NCBI GenBank assembly: GCA_016191425.1
Contig: JACPOR010000021.1
Span: 20,312-84,311 of the forward strand
Source: Chloroflexota bacterium
GTDB taxonomy: Bacteria; Chloroflexota; Limnocylindria; Limnocylindrales; CSP1-4
DNA: 64,000 bases
Reading direction: 5' to 3'
Part shown: positions 19,478 to 27,602 of the stretch, one piece after another
Layout: each line of letters opens with the position of its first letter
How positions within the stretch are numbered: the stretch's first letter is position 1
Position numbers and translations under genes: made by a program
The notes under the pieces: model-generated
Seen by the model: the letters and a program-made list of their open reading frames with translations, nothing else
Database searches by the model: none
Told to the model about the DNA's origin: nothing

Positions 19478-20109
19478 GCCGACCTCCCGTCCGCGGTGAG
19501 CGTCGTCTCGCGATCGTCGGCGGCCAGGGCAGCACGCATTGCGGCAGAACCGTAGCGAATCCGCGATTTCACCGTCCCAATCGGAAGCGACAACGTCGCG
19601 GCGATCTCGACGTGGCTGAGTTCAAAGTAATGCTGCAGGGCAAGAACGGTTCGCTGCTCAAGGGGCAGGCGGCGGAACGCCCGCTCGACCCGATCTCGCT
19701 CGACCAGCGCTCCGGACGGATCGGCGCTCGAACGATCGGCGACGTTCAGGATTGATACCTCGGCCCGCCGGCGTACCCGACGCGCCTCGTCGTAACAGGC
19801 GTTGACGACAAGACGCCGCAGCCAGGCGTCGAACCGGGCCGCGTCACGGAGCCGCGGGAGTTCTCGCCAAGCTCGCACGATCGCCTCCTGGGTCGCATCT
19901 TCGGCGCGGTCCGCGTCGCGGAGGATGAGGCAGGCGAGTGCGTACGTCCGGTTCACCGCCGCCCCGATAAGGGCGGCGAACGCGTCGTGGTCGCCGCGCA
20001 TTGCTCGCTCGACCTCTGCCGCACTCACGCTTCTCGTCGTTCCCTTTCCAGTCGGGGCAATTGCCGCTGCTAGAACACCTGCCGTCGCACGACCGTCAGG
20101 CACCAGCAT
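19474..20109 (-). CDS. ECF-type RNA polymerase sigma-70 factor
   Basis: Region 2 (DAEDATQEAIVRAWREL..FDAWLRRLVVNACYD) and region 4 (LPLEQRTVLALQHYFELSHVEIAATLSLPIGTVKSRI). The start is trimmed to ATG 20109 so it does not overlap the upstream gene. Confidence 0.85.
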   Translation of the reverse strand: MLVPDGRATAGVLAAAIAPTGKGTTRSVSAAEVERAMRGDHDAFAALIGAAVNRTYALACLILRDADRAEDATQEAIVRAWRELPRLRDAARFDAWLRRLVVNACYDEARRVRRRAEVSILNVADRSSADPSGALVERDRVERAFRRLPLEQRTVLALQHYFELSHVEIAATLSLPIGTVKSRIRYGSAAMRAALAADDRETTLTADGRSA

Positions 20110-20147
20110 GACGGGGCGGGCGTTCCTTCGAGACGCCCGCCCGGATC

Positions 20148-21146
20148 TCATTGATCGGAGTCTGTACCCCGCGCCTGCCAGGCCGGCACGCCGCGGAGGC
20201 CCGGAGTCGTCGTGATTCGAGTTGCGTCGCTGCCATCGGCGTTCATGACATAGACCGGCCGATCCGGGATGCCCAGGCTCGTGAGGTCGCGCAGGAACGC
20301 GATCTTCGAGCCGTCGGGCGACCAGGCCGTCCCCCAGTCGTCGCCGGCCTCGCACGGGGCGGGATCCGTAGGCCCGCATCCCGTGAGCTGGCGCTGGTTG
20401 GAGCCATCGGCGTTCATCGTCCAGATCCCCTCGCTGCCGAACTGGCCGCTTGAGTAGGCGATCCGGGAGCCGTCCGGACTCCAGTCGGGAACCTGGTCCT
20501 TCGGATCCGCCCCGGAGGTCAGGGCGTGCGCGTTCGTGCCGTCCGAATTCATGATCCAGACCTGTTCGTTGACCGGGTTATCGTCGGCATCGAACCCGTC
20601 GCCGCGGGTGAAGGCGATCTTCGTTCCGTCGGGCGACCAGACCGGGTAGTCGCTGAAGCAGTTCGGCGTGCTGGTCGGGCAGTTGGTCAACTGTTGGGGC
20701 GCGAGGCCCGTCGCAGCGTCAACGACGTAGATCTGGTCGTTCTGGGGTGCGCCGACGAAACCGCTGAACGCGATCGTCGATCCGTTTGGCGAGAAGTCAG
20801 GAAAGATCGCAAAGGCGCCGAAGTCCGTCAGCTGGGTCTGCCTGGTCCCGTTCTGCTTCATCGTCCAGATCTCCCACGCGCCAGACACGTCGCTGCAATA
20901 GGCGATCTGCTTTCCGTCGGCGGAGTAGTCGGGGCAGAGGTGTCTGCCGGTGCCGCTTGTCAGGGCCATCAGGCCCGCCCCATTCGGCTGCATCGAGTAG
21001 ATGTTGAAGCTCCCGTTCGCCGCACGGACAGCGACGGCGATTCGGCCGTTGGCGGCCCCTGGGTAGCTCGCGGAAACAGGTGTGAGCACAAGTCCGACGA
21101 GGGCGATCGCACCTACGAGCGCGCCGATGAACCGCTTCCTGAACAT
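20148..21146 (-). CDS. secreted TolB-like PD40/WD40 beta-propeller protein
   Basis: Signal peptide MFRKRFIGALVGAIALVGLVLTPVSA. Repeated P(D/V)(Y/W)SPDG(S/T)(K/R)IA(F/Y) PD40 motifs. Confidence 0.8.
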   Translation of the reverse strand: MFRKRFIGALVGAIALVGLVLTPVSASYPGAANGRIAVAVRAANGSFNIYSMQPNGAGLMALTSGTGRHLCPDYSADGKQIAYCSDVSGAWEIWTMKQNGTRQTQLTDFGAFAIFPDFSPNGSTIAFSGFVGAPQNDQIYVVDAATGLAPQQLTNCPTSTPNCFSDYPVWSPDGTKIAFTRGDGFDADDNPVNEQVWIMNSDGTNAHALTSGADPKDQVPDWSPDGSRIAYSSGQFGSEGIWTMNADGSNQRQLTGCGPTDPAPCEAGDDWGTAWSPDGSKIAFLRDLTSLGIPDRPVYVMNADGSDATRITTTPGLRGVPAWQARGTDSDQ

Positions 21147-21372
21147 CGCTGGCCTCCTTGGATCCAAGCGGCGAGATCGCTCTCTGGTCGCCTTCGCCGG
21201 CTTGACCCTATGACGCTCGCAACGAGGTCAGCGGATCTAACTTGCGCCAGGGCGTGGAGGCCGGACCGATGGCGAATAGGCATCCCTACGTTCTGTGCAG
21301 GCCGCCGCGGCCCCGCCCCTCCCGACCCGGCCTGACCGGGGCCCGACCCCGGCTTTCCTCGACGCCGCCTGA

Positions 21373-21737
21373 CCCCCGGCTTTCCTGGCTGATGCTCGTG
21401 GGGGGAGCCCTATCCCGGTTCCAGATCATGTCGCGCCCGGCTCCGCGCCGCCCGGCTCGGCTCGATGCCGCCCGGCTCGGCCTGGTCTGACCGCGCCCGG
21501 CCCCCGGCTTTCCTGGCTGATGCTCGTGGGGGGAGCACTATGCAGATAGCGGAGGATGTCGCGCCCGCTCGAACCCGCCTGCCAGGCCGGCGGCTGCCTG
21601 ACCGGGGCCCGGCCACGCACGACGCTCGGACCACATCCGGCGGATCGGTCTGCTCTCGGGCTGGCCCGGCAGCCGTTCGGGGCCGGCTACCCGCATAGTG
21701 CTCCGGGGGCGGTCATAGGCCAGGATTGCCCGGCGGG
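21373..21737 (-). mobile_element. MITE-like element, inverted orientation: a solo/partial left half (21373-~21500) plus copy 3 (~21501-21737)
   Basis: cccccggctttcctggctgatgctcgtggggggagc(a/c)ctat occurs twice. The far end ccgttcggggccggctacccgcatagtgctccgggggcggtcataggccaggattgcccgg is the reverse complement of copy 1's left end. Confidence 0.55.
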
Positions 21738-21860
21738 GCGGTACGCAGGCAATGCCCGGGGGTCGGCACGCAGGCAGTGCCCGGGGCTCGGCACCCAGGC
21801 AATGCCCGGCGGGGTCGGCACCCGGCAGGATTGCACGGCGCGTCGGCACGCCGGCAGTGG
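21728..21860. repeat. ~24-bp tandem repeat (gcccgggg.tcggcacgcaggcaat, 4-5 units) growing out of the MITE terminus
   Basis: Read directly. The TIR tip caggattgc recurs at about 21826. Confidence 0.8.
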
Positions 21861-21940
21861 GGCTCGCTCCCCCCTGTAGTTCAGTGCATTCCGCTCGCCC
21901 GGGCGCGGAGTTGAGACCGCGAGATGTGGGGCTCCGGCCC

Positions 21941-22085
21941 CGCGCCCATCGCGTGCGACATCGACCGCTCCGCCCCCGCGCCCATCGCGTGCGACATCGA
22001 CCGCTCCGCCCCGCGCGCCATCGCGTGCGATATCGACCGCTCCGCCCCCCGCGCCATCGCGTGCGATATCGACCGCTACGCCTCC
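21941..22085. repeat. four 36-38 bp tandem units (cgcgcccatcgcgtgcgacatcgaccgctccgcccc) ending on the CpaF-RidA stop codon
   Basis: Read directly. The last unit contains the CTA (stop, minus strand) at 22076-22078 and resembles the final codons of the CDS. Confidence 0.9.
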
Positions 22086-23920
22086 GCGATCACGCCGATC
22101 GAAATGCGGAATCCCGCGCGACGGTGGGACGGCGGCATCACGGTGCCCTGACCGACGGGCGAATCACCCGGGAACCAGCGCACCCATTCCTCGTTGAACA
22201 CGTCGAAGTCGCCGGGCTCGCGCAAGGACCAGTTTGCCCAGACCACCTTCTCGAGCGAGCTTCCGAGGGACTCGAGCTTCGTCGTGAGGTTCTGCAGACA
22301 GAGCCGGGTGTGGTCCTTGATGTCGCCGTTGAGCACGAGCCCCGTCTCGGGGATGATCGGTCCGACCGACGAGATGTAGATCATGCCGCCGGCCCTGACG
22401 GCCCGACCGAGACCCACCTTGGCTCGCGGCGCCTCCTCGTCCGTGGCGACGCCGATGGTCCAGCGCGCCTTGCCGCGCTTGGCAGGCTTCGCCGGGTCTT
22501 CGGGCGGAATACCGAACTCGCCCGGCGGCAGATCGAGGCCGGACGACTTGAAGACACCCATGAACGTCGGCCGGATGCCGGTCGCCCGCAGTTCCCCCTG
22601 GACCCTGCCGTTGTCGTCCACACCGGTCTGCTCGTAGACGAAGATGTCCTGGGTCAGGATCTCGTCATCCTCGATGCCGTAGACCTCGGTGATGCTCACG
22701 ATCTTGCGGGAGCCGTCCTTGAGGCGTGCCGTGTGCACGATGACATCGATGGCCGCCGCGATCTGCTCGCGAATTGCCCGCAACGGCAGCTCGTAGCCGG
22801 ACATGAGAATCATCGTCTCAAGACGCCGGAGCATGTCCCTTGTCGTATTCGCGTGTCCGGTGGACAGCGAGCCATCCTGGCCGGTCATCATCGCCTGGAT
22901 CATGTCAAGGGCCTCGGCAGCCCGACACTCGCCGACGATGATGCGGTCGGGGCGCATGTGAAGGGCGTTGCGGAGGAGATCCCGGATCGTCACCTCGCCG
23001 AGGCCCTCCGCGTTCGGGGGCCGTGCCTCGAGGGTGACCACGTGCTCCTGGCGGAGCTGCAGTTCCGCCGCATCCTCCACGGTGACGATCCGTTCGTCCT
23101 CCGGAATGAACGACGAGAGGACGTTGAGGAAGGTCGTCTTGCCCGAGCCGGTTCCACCCGAGACGAACACGTTCAGGCGGGCCATGACGCAGTGGCGGAG
23201 GAAGTCGAACATCTCCTCCGACGCGGTCCCGAAGTCGATGAGTTTCCGGACCGTGTACGGCTTGGCCGAGAACTTTCGAATCGTGATCACCGGGCCCACG
23301 AGAGACAACGGCGCGATGATCGCGTTCACGCGCGAGCCATCGGGCAGGCGGGCATCGACGCGCGGACTTGACTCGTCGATCCGCCGACCGATCGGGGCGA
23401 TGATCCGGTCGATGATCCGGCGCACATGGTCGTCGTTCAGGAAGTCGACATCTACCCGGTGAATCTTGCCGGCCCGTTCGATGAAGACGTTGTGCGGCCC
23501 ATTGACCATGACCTCGGTGATGGTCGGATCGTGGAGGAGCGGCTCCAGGGGACCAAGGCCCGTCACCTCATGGACGAGCTCTTCGACGAGGGCGAGGCGC
23601 TCGGGGCGGGTCACCGCGAAGTTGTGCCGGGCGATGATCGTGTCGATGATTTCGGCGATCGAGTTCCGAACCTCGTTTGCGTCGGTCGCGCCAAGCAGGG
23701 ACTCGAACGCTCGGATGACCTCGCCCAGGACACGCGTCCGAATATCAGTGAGCACCGCCTCCCGACCCGGGGCTCGCGGGATCCGCGGCAGGGGTGCCTG
23801 AGGCGCCTCGGGTGTTCGTGCCGCGGCCGTCTCGGCAGCCGGAGGCTGTTCGGCCGGGATCGCTTCGACCCGGGACCCAGCTGCCTGCTGCGCCTGCTCG
23901 ACTCGTCGGAGCAGCGACAT
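22076..23920 (-). CDS. CpaF/TadA-type secretion ATPase fused to a C-terminal RidA/YjgF-like domain
   Basis: ATG 23920 has GGAGG 8 nt upstream. CpaF motifs GPLEPLLHDPTITEVMVNG, Walker A GGTGSGKTT, RPDRIIVGECR, TGHANT. A Pro/Lys linker follows, then ~114 aa RAVRAGGMIYISSVGPI..GDIKDHTRLCLQNL..VVWANWSL.. that is RidA-like. The reading frame is uninterrupted. Confidence 0.8.
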   Translation of the reverse strand: MSLLRRVEQAQQAAGSRVEAIPAEQPPAAETAAARTPEAPQAPLPRIPRAPGREAVLTDIRTRVLGEVIRAFESLLGATDANEVRNSIAEIIDTIIARHNFAVTRPERLALVEELVHEVTGLGPLEPLLHDPTITEVMVNGPHNVFIERAGKIHRVDVDFLNDDHVRRIIDRIIAPIGRRIDESSPRVDARLPDGSRVNAIIAPLSLVGPVITIRKFSAKPYTVRKLIDFGTASEEMFDFLRHCVMARLNVFVSGGTGSGKTTFLNVLSSFIPEDERIVTVEDAAELQLRQEHVVTLEARPPNAEGLGEVTIRDLLRNALHMRPDRIIVGECRAAEALDMIQAMMTGQDGSLSTGHANTTRDMLRRLETMILMSGYELPLRAIREQIAAAIDVIVHTARLKDGSRKIVSITEVYGIEDDEILTQDIFVYEQTGVDDNGRVQGELRATGIRPTFMGVFKSSGLDLPPGEFGIPPEDPAKPAKRGKARWTIGVATDEEAPRAKVGLGRAVRAGGMIYISSVGPIIPETGLVLNGDIKDHTRLCLQNLTTKLESLGSSLEKVVWANWSLREPGDFDVFNEEWVRWFPGDSPVGQGTVMPPSHRRAGFRISIGVIAEA

Positions 23921-24389
23921 GATCGAAACCTCCCCGCGTCTGCGACGCGACCCCCGATGGCGTTCAGTCGTGATGCAACGGCGGCCGACCGCCACACCTC
24001 GGGTCTGAACTTCCGCAGAGAATACCCTTCCCGGGCTGGTCGCCCATGGGTGCGCCGCATTTGAACGTGCGATCGACGTGACAACGCGGTCTCCCGTGTT
24101 GGGGTCCCTGGAGTCGGTGTACCAGCGGGCCGGGCCGCGAACACCCCGTCGCGCATGGGCCAGGCGATCTCCGGAATCCATGACGGGTCGTCATGACGCG
24201 GCGAGATCCCAGACGGACACTGACCCCACGGAGCCGACTCCCGGCGCCGACCGCCGACCCCTGACGCACCAACCGGGCGCGAGGGTTGCAACGCTCAGGA
24301 CCTGCTCCGTGTGAGGCCTTCGATTTCCTCGCCGCGGGACGCGTTCGACGATCCCCGGTTCGGCCAGCTCAAGTCAAGGCGAACAGACC

Positions 24390-24476
24390 ATGGAGAACGT
24401 CATCGGCATCGTTGGGGCAGCCCTGGTCGGGCTGCTCGTCCTGGGCCATTTCGGTCGCGATCGACTGCACCGATAG
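24390..24476 (+). CDS. candidate 28-aa membrane peptide (MENVIGIVGAALVGLLVLGHFGRDRLHR)
   Basis: My own translation. The stop TAG abuts the GTG of the next ORF (taGGTG). No homology recognised. Confidence 0.25.
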   Translation: MENVIGIVGAALVGLLVLGHFGRDRLHR

Positions 24477-24743
24477 GTGTCGCTGCCCGTGATTGAGTCC
24501 TCGTTCCCGGAATCAGCGGCGACCCTCCCGAGGGGGTTGCCGCCCATTGATACGTCGCTGGTCGAAGTTGGCGGGGCCGTCACGGACGAAGCACCCGAGC
24601 AACTCGATCCGACGGTCTCGTCGGGACGGTGGCCGAGGGTCCGCCGAGCCGAACTCGAGGCGCTCGGACTTGTGGTCGGGCTGCTGGGTATCCTCCTCGT
24701 CGCCACGGCAACCATCGGTACGACACCGGGCGTGGGGGGCTGA
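24477..24743 (+). CDS. candidate 88-aa protein with a C-terminal TM helix
   Basis: ORF track 24477..24743. The TM is LGLVVGLLGILLVATATIG. Its stop codon starts the 24741-24895 tandem array. Confidence 0.3.
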   Translation: MSLPVIESSFPESAATLPRGLPPIDTSLVEVGGAVTDEAPEQLDPTVSSGRWPRVRRAELEALGLVVGLLGILLVATATIGTTPGVGG

Positions 24744-24895
24744 CGCGGCCACGCGAGGCTGCCGCAGCAACCCGAGGCCTCCGCAGCAACCCGAGGAGCT
24801 GACGCGGCCACGCGAGGCCGCCGCGGCAACCCGAGGCCGCCATGGCAACCATAGGCAGCCGCAGCAACCCGAGACTGCCGCAGCCACGTCAGTCC
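24741..24895. repeat. tandem/nested repeats (gctgacgcggccacgcgagg x2; ccgcagcaacccgagg x4-5) spanning from one stop codon to the convergent helicase stop
   Basis: Read directly. Confidence 0.85.
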
Positions 24896-26730
24896 GGGCG
24901 CTCCCGCCTGACGGCGACCTGCTGACCACGGATCCGCGCCCGGCGCAGGGCGTCGGCGACACCGTCGACCACGGCGGCCTGCACGTCCACGAGGGCGAAG
25001 TCGTCGAAGATCTGGATCTCACCCACCACTGAGCCCGGCACGCCGGCCTCGTTGGCGATGGCGCCCACCAGGTCCCCGGGCCGAAGCCCGGCCCGTCGCC
25101 CGCCGCCCACCCAGAGTTGGACCCACTCCCCGTCGGGCACCGAGGGATGCATGCCGCCCGAGCGGCGTGGGCCCCGTGGACCCGGAGGCCCTCCCTGTGC
25201 GCCGGGCGCGCCCACGCCTCGAGGGGCCGAGAATCGGGGTCCGGGGCCATCGCCCTGACGAGGCCGACCAGCGGTCCCTCCGCGTGGTCCCGAGCCAGGG
25301 CCAGGCCGGGTCGAGGGATCATGCAGGAATGCGGGCGCCAGCTCGAGCTCGTCCTCAGGCGCGACCGACGCGCCCTCGACGAGCGAGACCGCTGCCAGGG
25401 CGATATCAACGAGATCGAACTCCTCCGAGAGTGGCTCGACGACCCCCCGGAACCGGTCGTGACCGCCTGCCAGCAGTGCCTCCCGGAGATTGCCCCGCGT
25501 CACTTCCGCCCGCCGCTCGCGGAGGTCGGCGACCGTCGGCAGGCGCTCGATCTGCAGCTTGGTGCGGGTTGCTGCCTCGATGTTCCGGAGCAATCGATGT
25601 TCGCGCGGTTCCACGAGCGTGATGGCGACGCCCTCGCGCCCGGCACGACCCGTTCGGCCTATTCGATGGACGTATTGATCAGGATCCGGCGGGACGTCGT
25701 AGTTCACGACGTGACTCACGTGGTCGATGTCAAGGCCCCGCGCGGCCACGTCGGTCGCCACCAGCACATCGAGCGAGCCGTCGCGGAAGCGACCCATCAT
25801 CCGATCCCGCGACTCCTGGGCCAGGCCCCCGTGCAGGGCTCCCGCGTCATGGCCGCGACCGCTGAGGGCCTGGGCGAGATCGTCCACCTCACCGCGCGTC
25901 CGTGCGAACACGAGCGCCGACGTCGGATCCTCCACGTCAAGGATTCGACACAGGGCGGCGAGCTTGTCCGGCCGGCGCACGACATACGCGGTCTGGCGCA
26001 CCCGCACGACGCCGTCATGGGCCCCGCGTTCGGCGTGCAGGCTGACCCGAGCGGGGTCGCGCAGGTGGCGCTTGGCGACCTTCGCGATGGTGCCCGAGAT
26101 CGTCGCGGAGAAGAGGACCGTCTGGCGGGTCGGCGGCGTGGCCGCGAGGATCGCGTCGAGGTCTTCGGCGAAGCCCATGTCCAGCATCTCGTCCGCTTCA
26201 TCGAGGACGACGACGCGGACCTCACCGAGCTTCAGGCTCTTGCGTGACAGATGATCGACCGCCCGGCCCGGCGTGGCCACGACCACGTCCACACCGCGGG
26301 TGAGCCCACGCAGCTGCTGGTGGATCGGCTGCCCCCCGTACACCGGGACAACGCGCAGGCCGACGGCCTTGCCATAGCTCTGGAAGGCTTCGGCCACCTG
26401 CATCGCGAGCTCGCGGGTCGGGACGACGACGAGGGCCGAGGGCGGCGCGGAAATCGACCGGTCCCGGGCCAGGCCGGCCAGGATGGGCAGCGCGAACGCG
26501 GCCGTCTTCCCCGTGCCGGTCGGTGCCTGGGCCAGCAGGTCTCGGCCGGCCAGGAGGAGCGGAATCGCCTCGCGCTGGATCGGGGTCGGCTCTTCGTAGC
26601 CGAGGTCGGCAAGCGTCGTCAGCAAGGGCTCGCCGATGCCGAGTGCGAAGAACCCCCCCGACCCCTCGGCGCCGTCCGGAGCCGTGAGCGATTCGTCGGA
26701 GGTGAGCGGTTCGTCGGACATGTTTGCCAT
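24889..26730 (-). CDS. DEAD-box ATP-dependent RNA helicase with DbpA-type C-terminal RNA-binding domain
   Basis: PTPIQ, AQAPTGTGKT, DEAD (VLDEADEML), SAT and HRIGRTGRAG motifs, plus a C-terminal GLRPGDLVGAIANEAG DbpA-like domain. The start is ATG 26730 or TTG 26754. Confidence 0.9.
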   Translation of the reverse strand: MANMSDEPLTSDESLTAPDGAEGSGGFFALGIGEPLLTTLADLGYEEPTPIQREAIPLLLAGRDLLAQAPTGTGKTAAFALPILAGLARDRSISAPPSALVVVPTRELAMQVAEAFQSYGKAVGLRVVPVYGGQPIHQQLRGLTRGVDVVVATPGRAVDHLSRKSLKLGEVRVVVLDEADEMLDMGFAEDLDAILAATPPTRQTVLFSATISGTIAKVAKRHLRDPARVSLHAERGAHDGVVRVRQTAYVVRRPDKLAALCRILDVEDPTSALVFARTRGEVDDLAQALSGRGHDAGALHGGLAQESRDRMMGRFRDGSLDVLVATDVAARGLDIDHVSHVVNYDVPPDPDQYVHRIGRTGRAGREGVAITLVEPREHRLLRNIEAATRTKLQIERLPTVADLRERRAEVTRGNLREALLAGGHDRFRGVVEPLSEEFDLVDIALAAVSLVEGASVAPEDELELAPAFLHDPSTRPGPGSGPRGGTAGRPRQGDGPGPRFSAPRGVGAPGAQGGPPGPRGPRRSGGMHPSVPDGEWVQLWVGGGRRAGLRPGDLVGAIANEAGVPGSVVGEIQIFDDFALVDVQAAVVDGVADALRRARIRGQQVAVRRERPD

Positions 26731-26740
26731 TGTGACCGGT

Positions 26741-26800
26741 CGGCCAGCCTTCAACGGATTCGGCCAGCCCTCAACGGATTCGGCCAGCCCTCAACGGATC
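26741..26800. repeat. three 20-bp direct repeats (cggccagccctcaacggatt) immediately 5' of the helicase start
   Basis: Read directly. A further 21-bp doublet (ga(a/g)ggatgatcccc.tcgtgc) lies at 26854-26896. Confidence 0.85.
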
Positions 26801-27028
26801 GGGTCCGTTCGCGTTCGCCTCCCACGCAACCGGCCATGACGAATCCGGAATGCGAAGGATGATCCCCCTCGTGCGAGGGATGATCCCCGTCGTGCGGTGA
26901 GCCGGCCATCTCCCGTCGGTGATAGACCGTTCCCGTCGTGGGCGCCCTGGGTGGCACCGGACGGCATCGCGTCTCGCGCGACCAAGGCGTCTCGCGCGAC
27001 CTCGCACAAGCCGTCCGGCAGCCTCGAG

Positions 27029-27340
27029 CTACATTGCGTTGAAGGTCTCCACGACCTGGATGGACGCCCCGCCGGACCGGACCGGGCAGCCCTTGGCGAT
27101 CTCGACCGCGGCGTCGAGGGAGTCGGCCCTGATGATGCTGTAGCCCGAGGGGCCGGCCGCATCGTCGCTGACCGAGCCATCGGCGCCGATCCGGCGCGTC
27201 TTCGAGGCCGGGTTGCCGCCGTCGACCAGCGCGTCGCCGATCGTGGCGAACCAGTCGGTCCAGGCCTTCGTGACCATGGCGCCTTCTTCAGCTGTCTCCG
27301 GCATTCCGCCGCCGTGGTAGACCAATACGTAGTTTGCCAT
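27029..27340 (-). CDS. YCII-related domain protein
   Basis: 103 aa. MANYVLVYHGGG..W..W...GDALVDGGNP...GYSIIRADSLDAAVEIAKGCP fits the YCII-like pattern (from memory). Confidence 0.65.
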   Translation of the reverse strand: MANYVLVYHGGGMPETAEEGAMVTKAWTDWFATIGDALVDGGNPASKTRRIGADGSVSDDAAGPSGYSIIRADSLDAAVEIAKGCPVRSGGASIQVVETFNAM

Positions 27341-27440
27341 TCGAATGACCTCGTTGCCTTTCCCTGCCGCGGTCGTTTGCCGCCGTCTGCATCCTCAACG
27401 AACGGGCACTGGTCCAATCGACATCCAGATCGAAGTTCGA

Positions 27441-27482
27441 ATCCAGATCCAGATCCAGATCCAGATCCAGATCCAGATCCCG
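27441..27482. repeat. hexanucleotide microsatellite (ATCCAG)x7 in a divergent promoter region
   Basis: Read directly. Lies ~100 nt from the YCII start and ~120 nt from the GS-like start. Confidence 0.95.
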
Positions 27483-27602
27483 CACGTTCTCGACGCCGCC
27501 GGGCCACGGACAGAAACGTCACGGTGGCGCGTCAGGCTGGTGCATCATTGGTATAGGGCGGTCAATTCGGTCGCTGAGCAGACGGACCTTCGGGAGGCGC
27601 CC

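Noticed and set aside
21941-22085. Possible CRISPR array (36-38 bp repeats); the same question applies to 59420-59697
   Set aside because: The units are contiguous with no unique spacers, and no cas genes are present. These are plain tandem repeats.
21752-23371. 539-aa plus-strand ORF
   Set aside because: It is antisense to the well-supported CpaF-RidA gene, and its 5' part translates tandem repeats (HRVRHRPLRP xN).
25117-26247. 376-aa plus-strand ORF (and 24513..25409 on the minus strand)
   Set aside because: These are shadow frames of the DEAD-box helicase gene.
27345-27602. N-terminal extension of the GS-like ORF encoding IQIQIQIQ
   Set aside because: It is the translation of the (ATCCAG)7 microsatellite. 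A good RBS/ATG at 27603 matches the family N-terminus.
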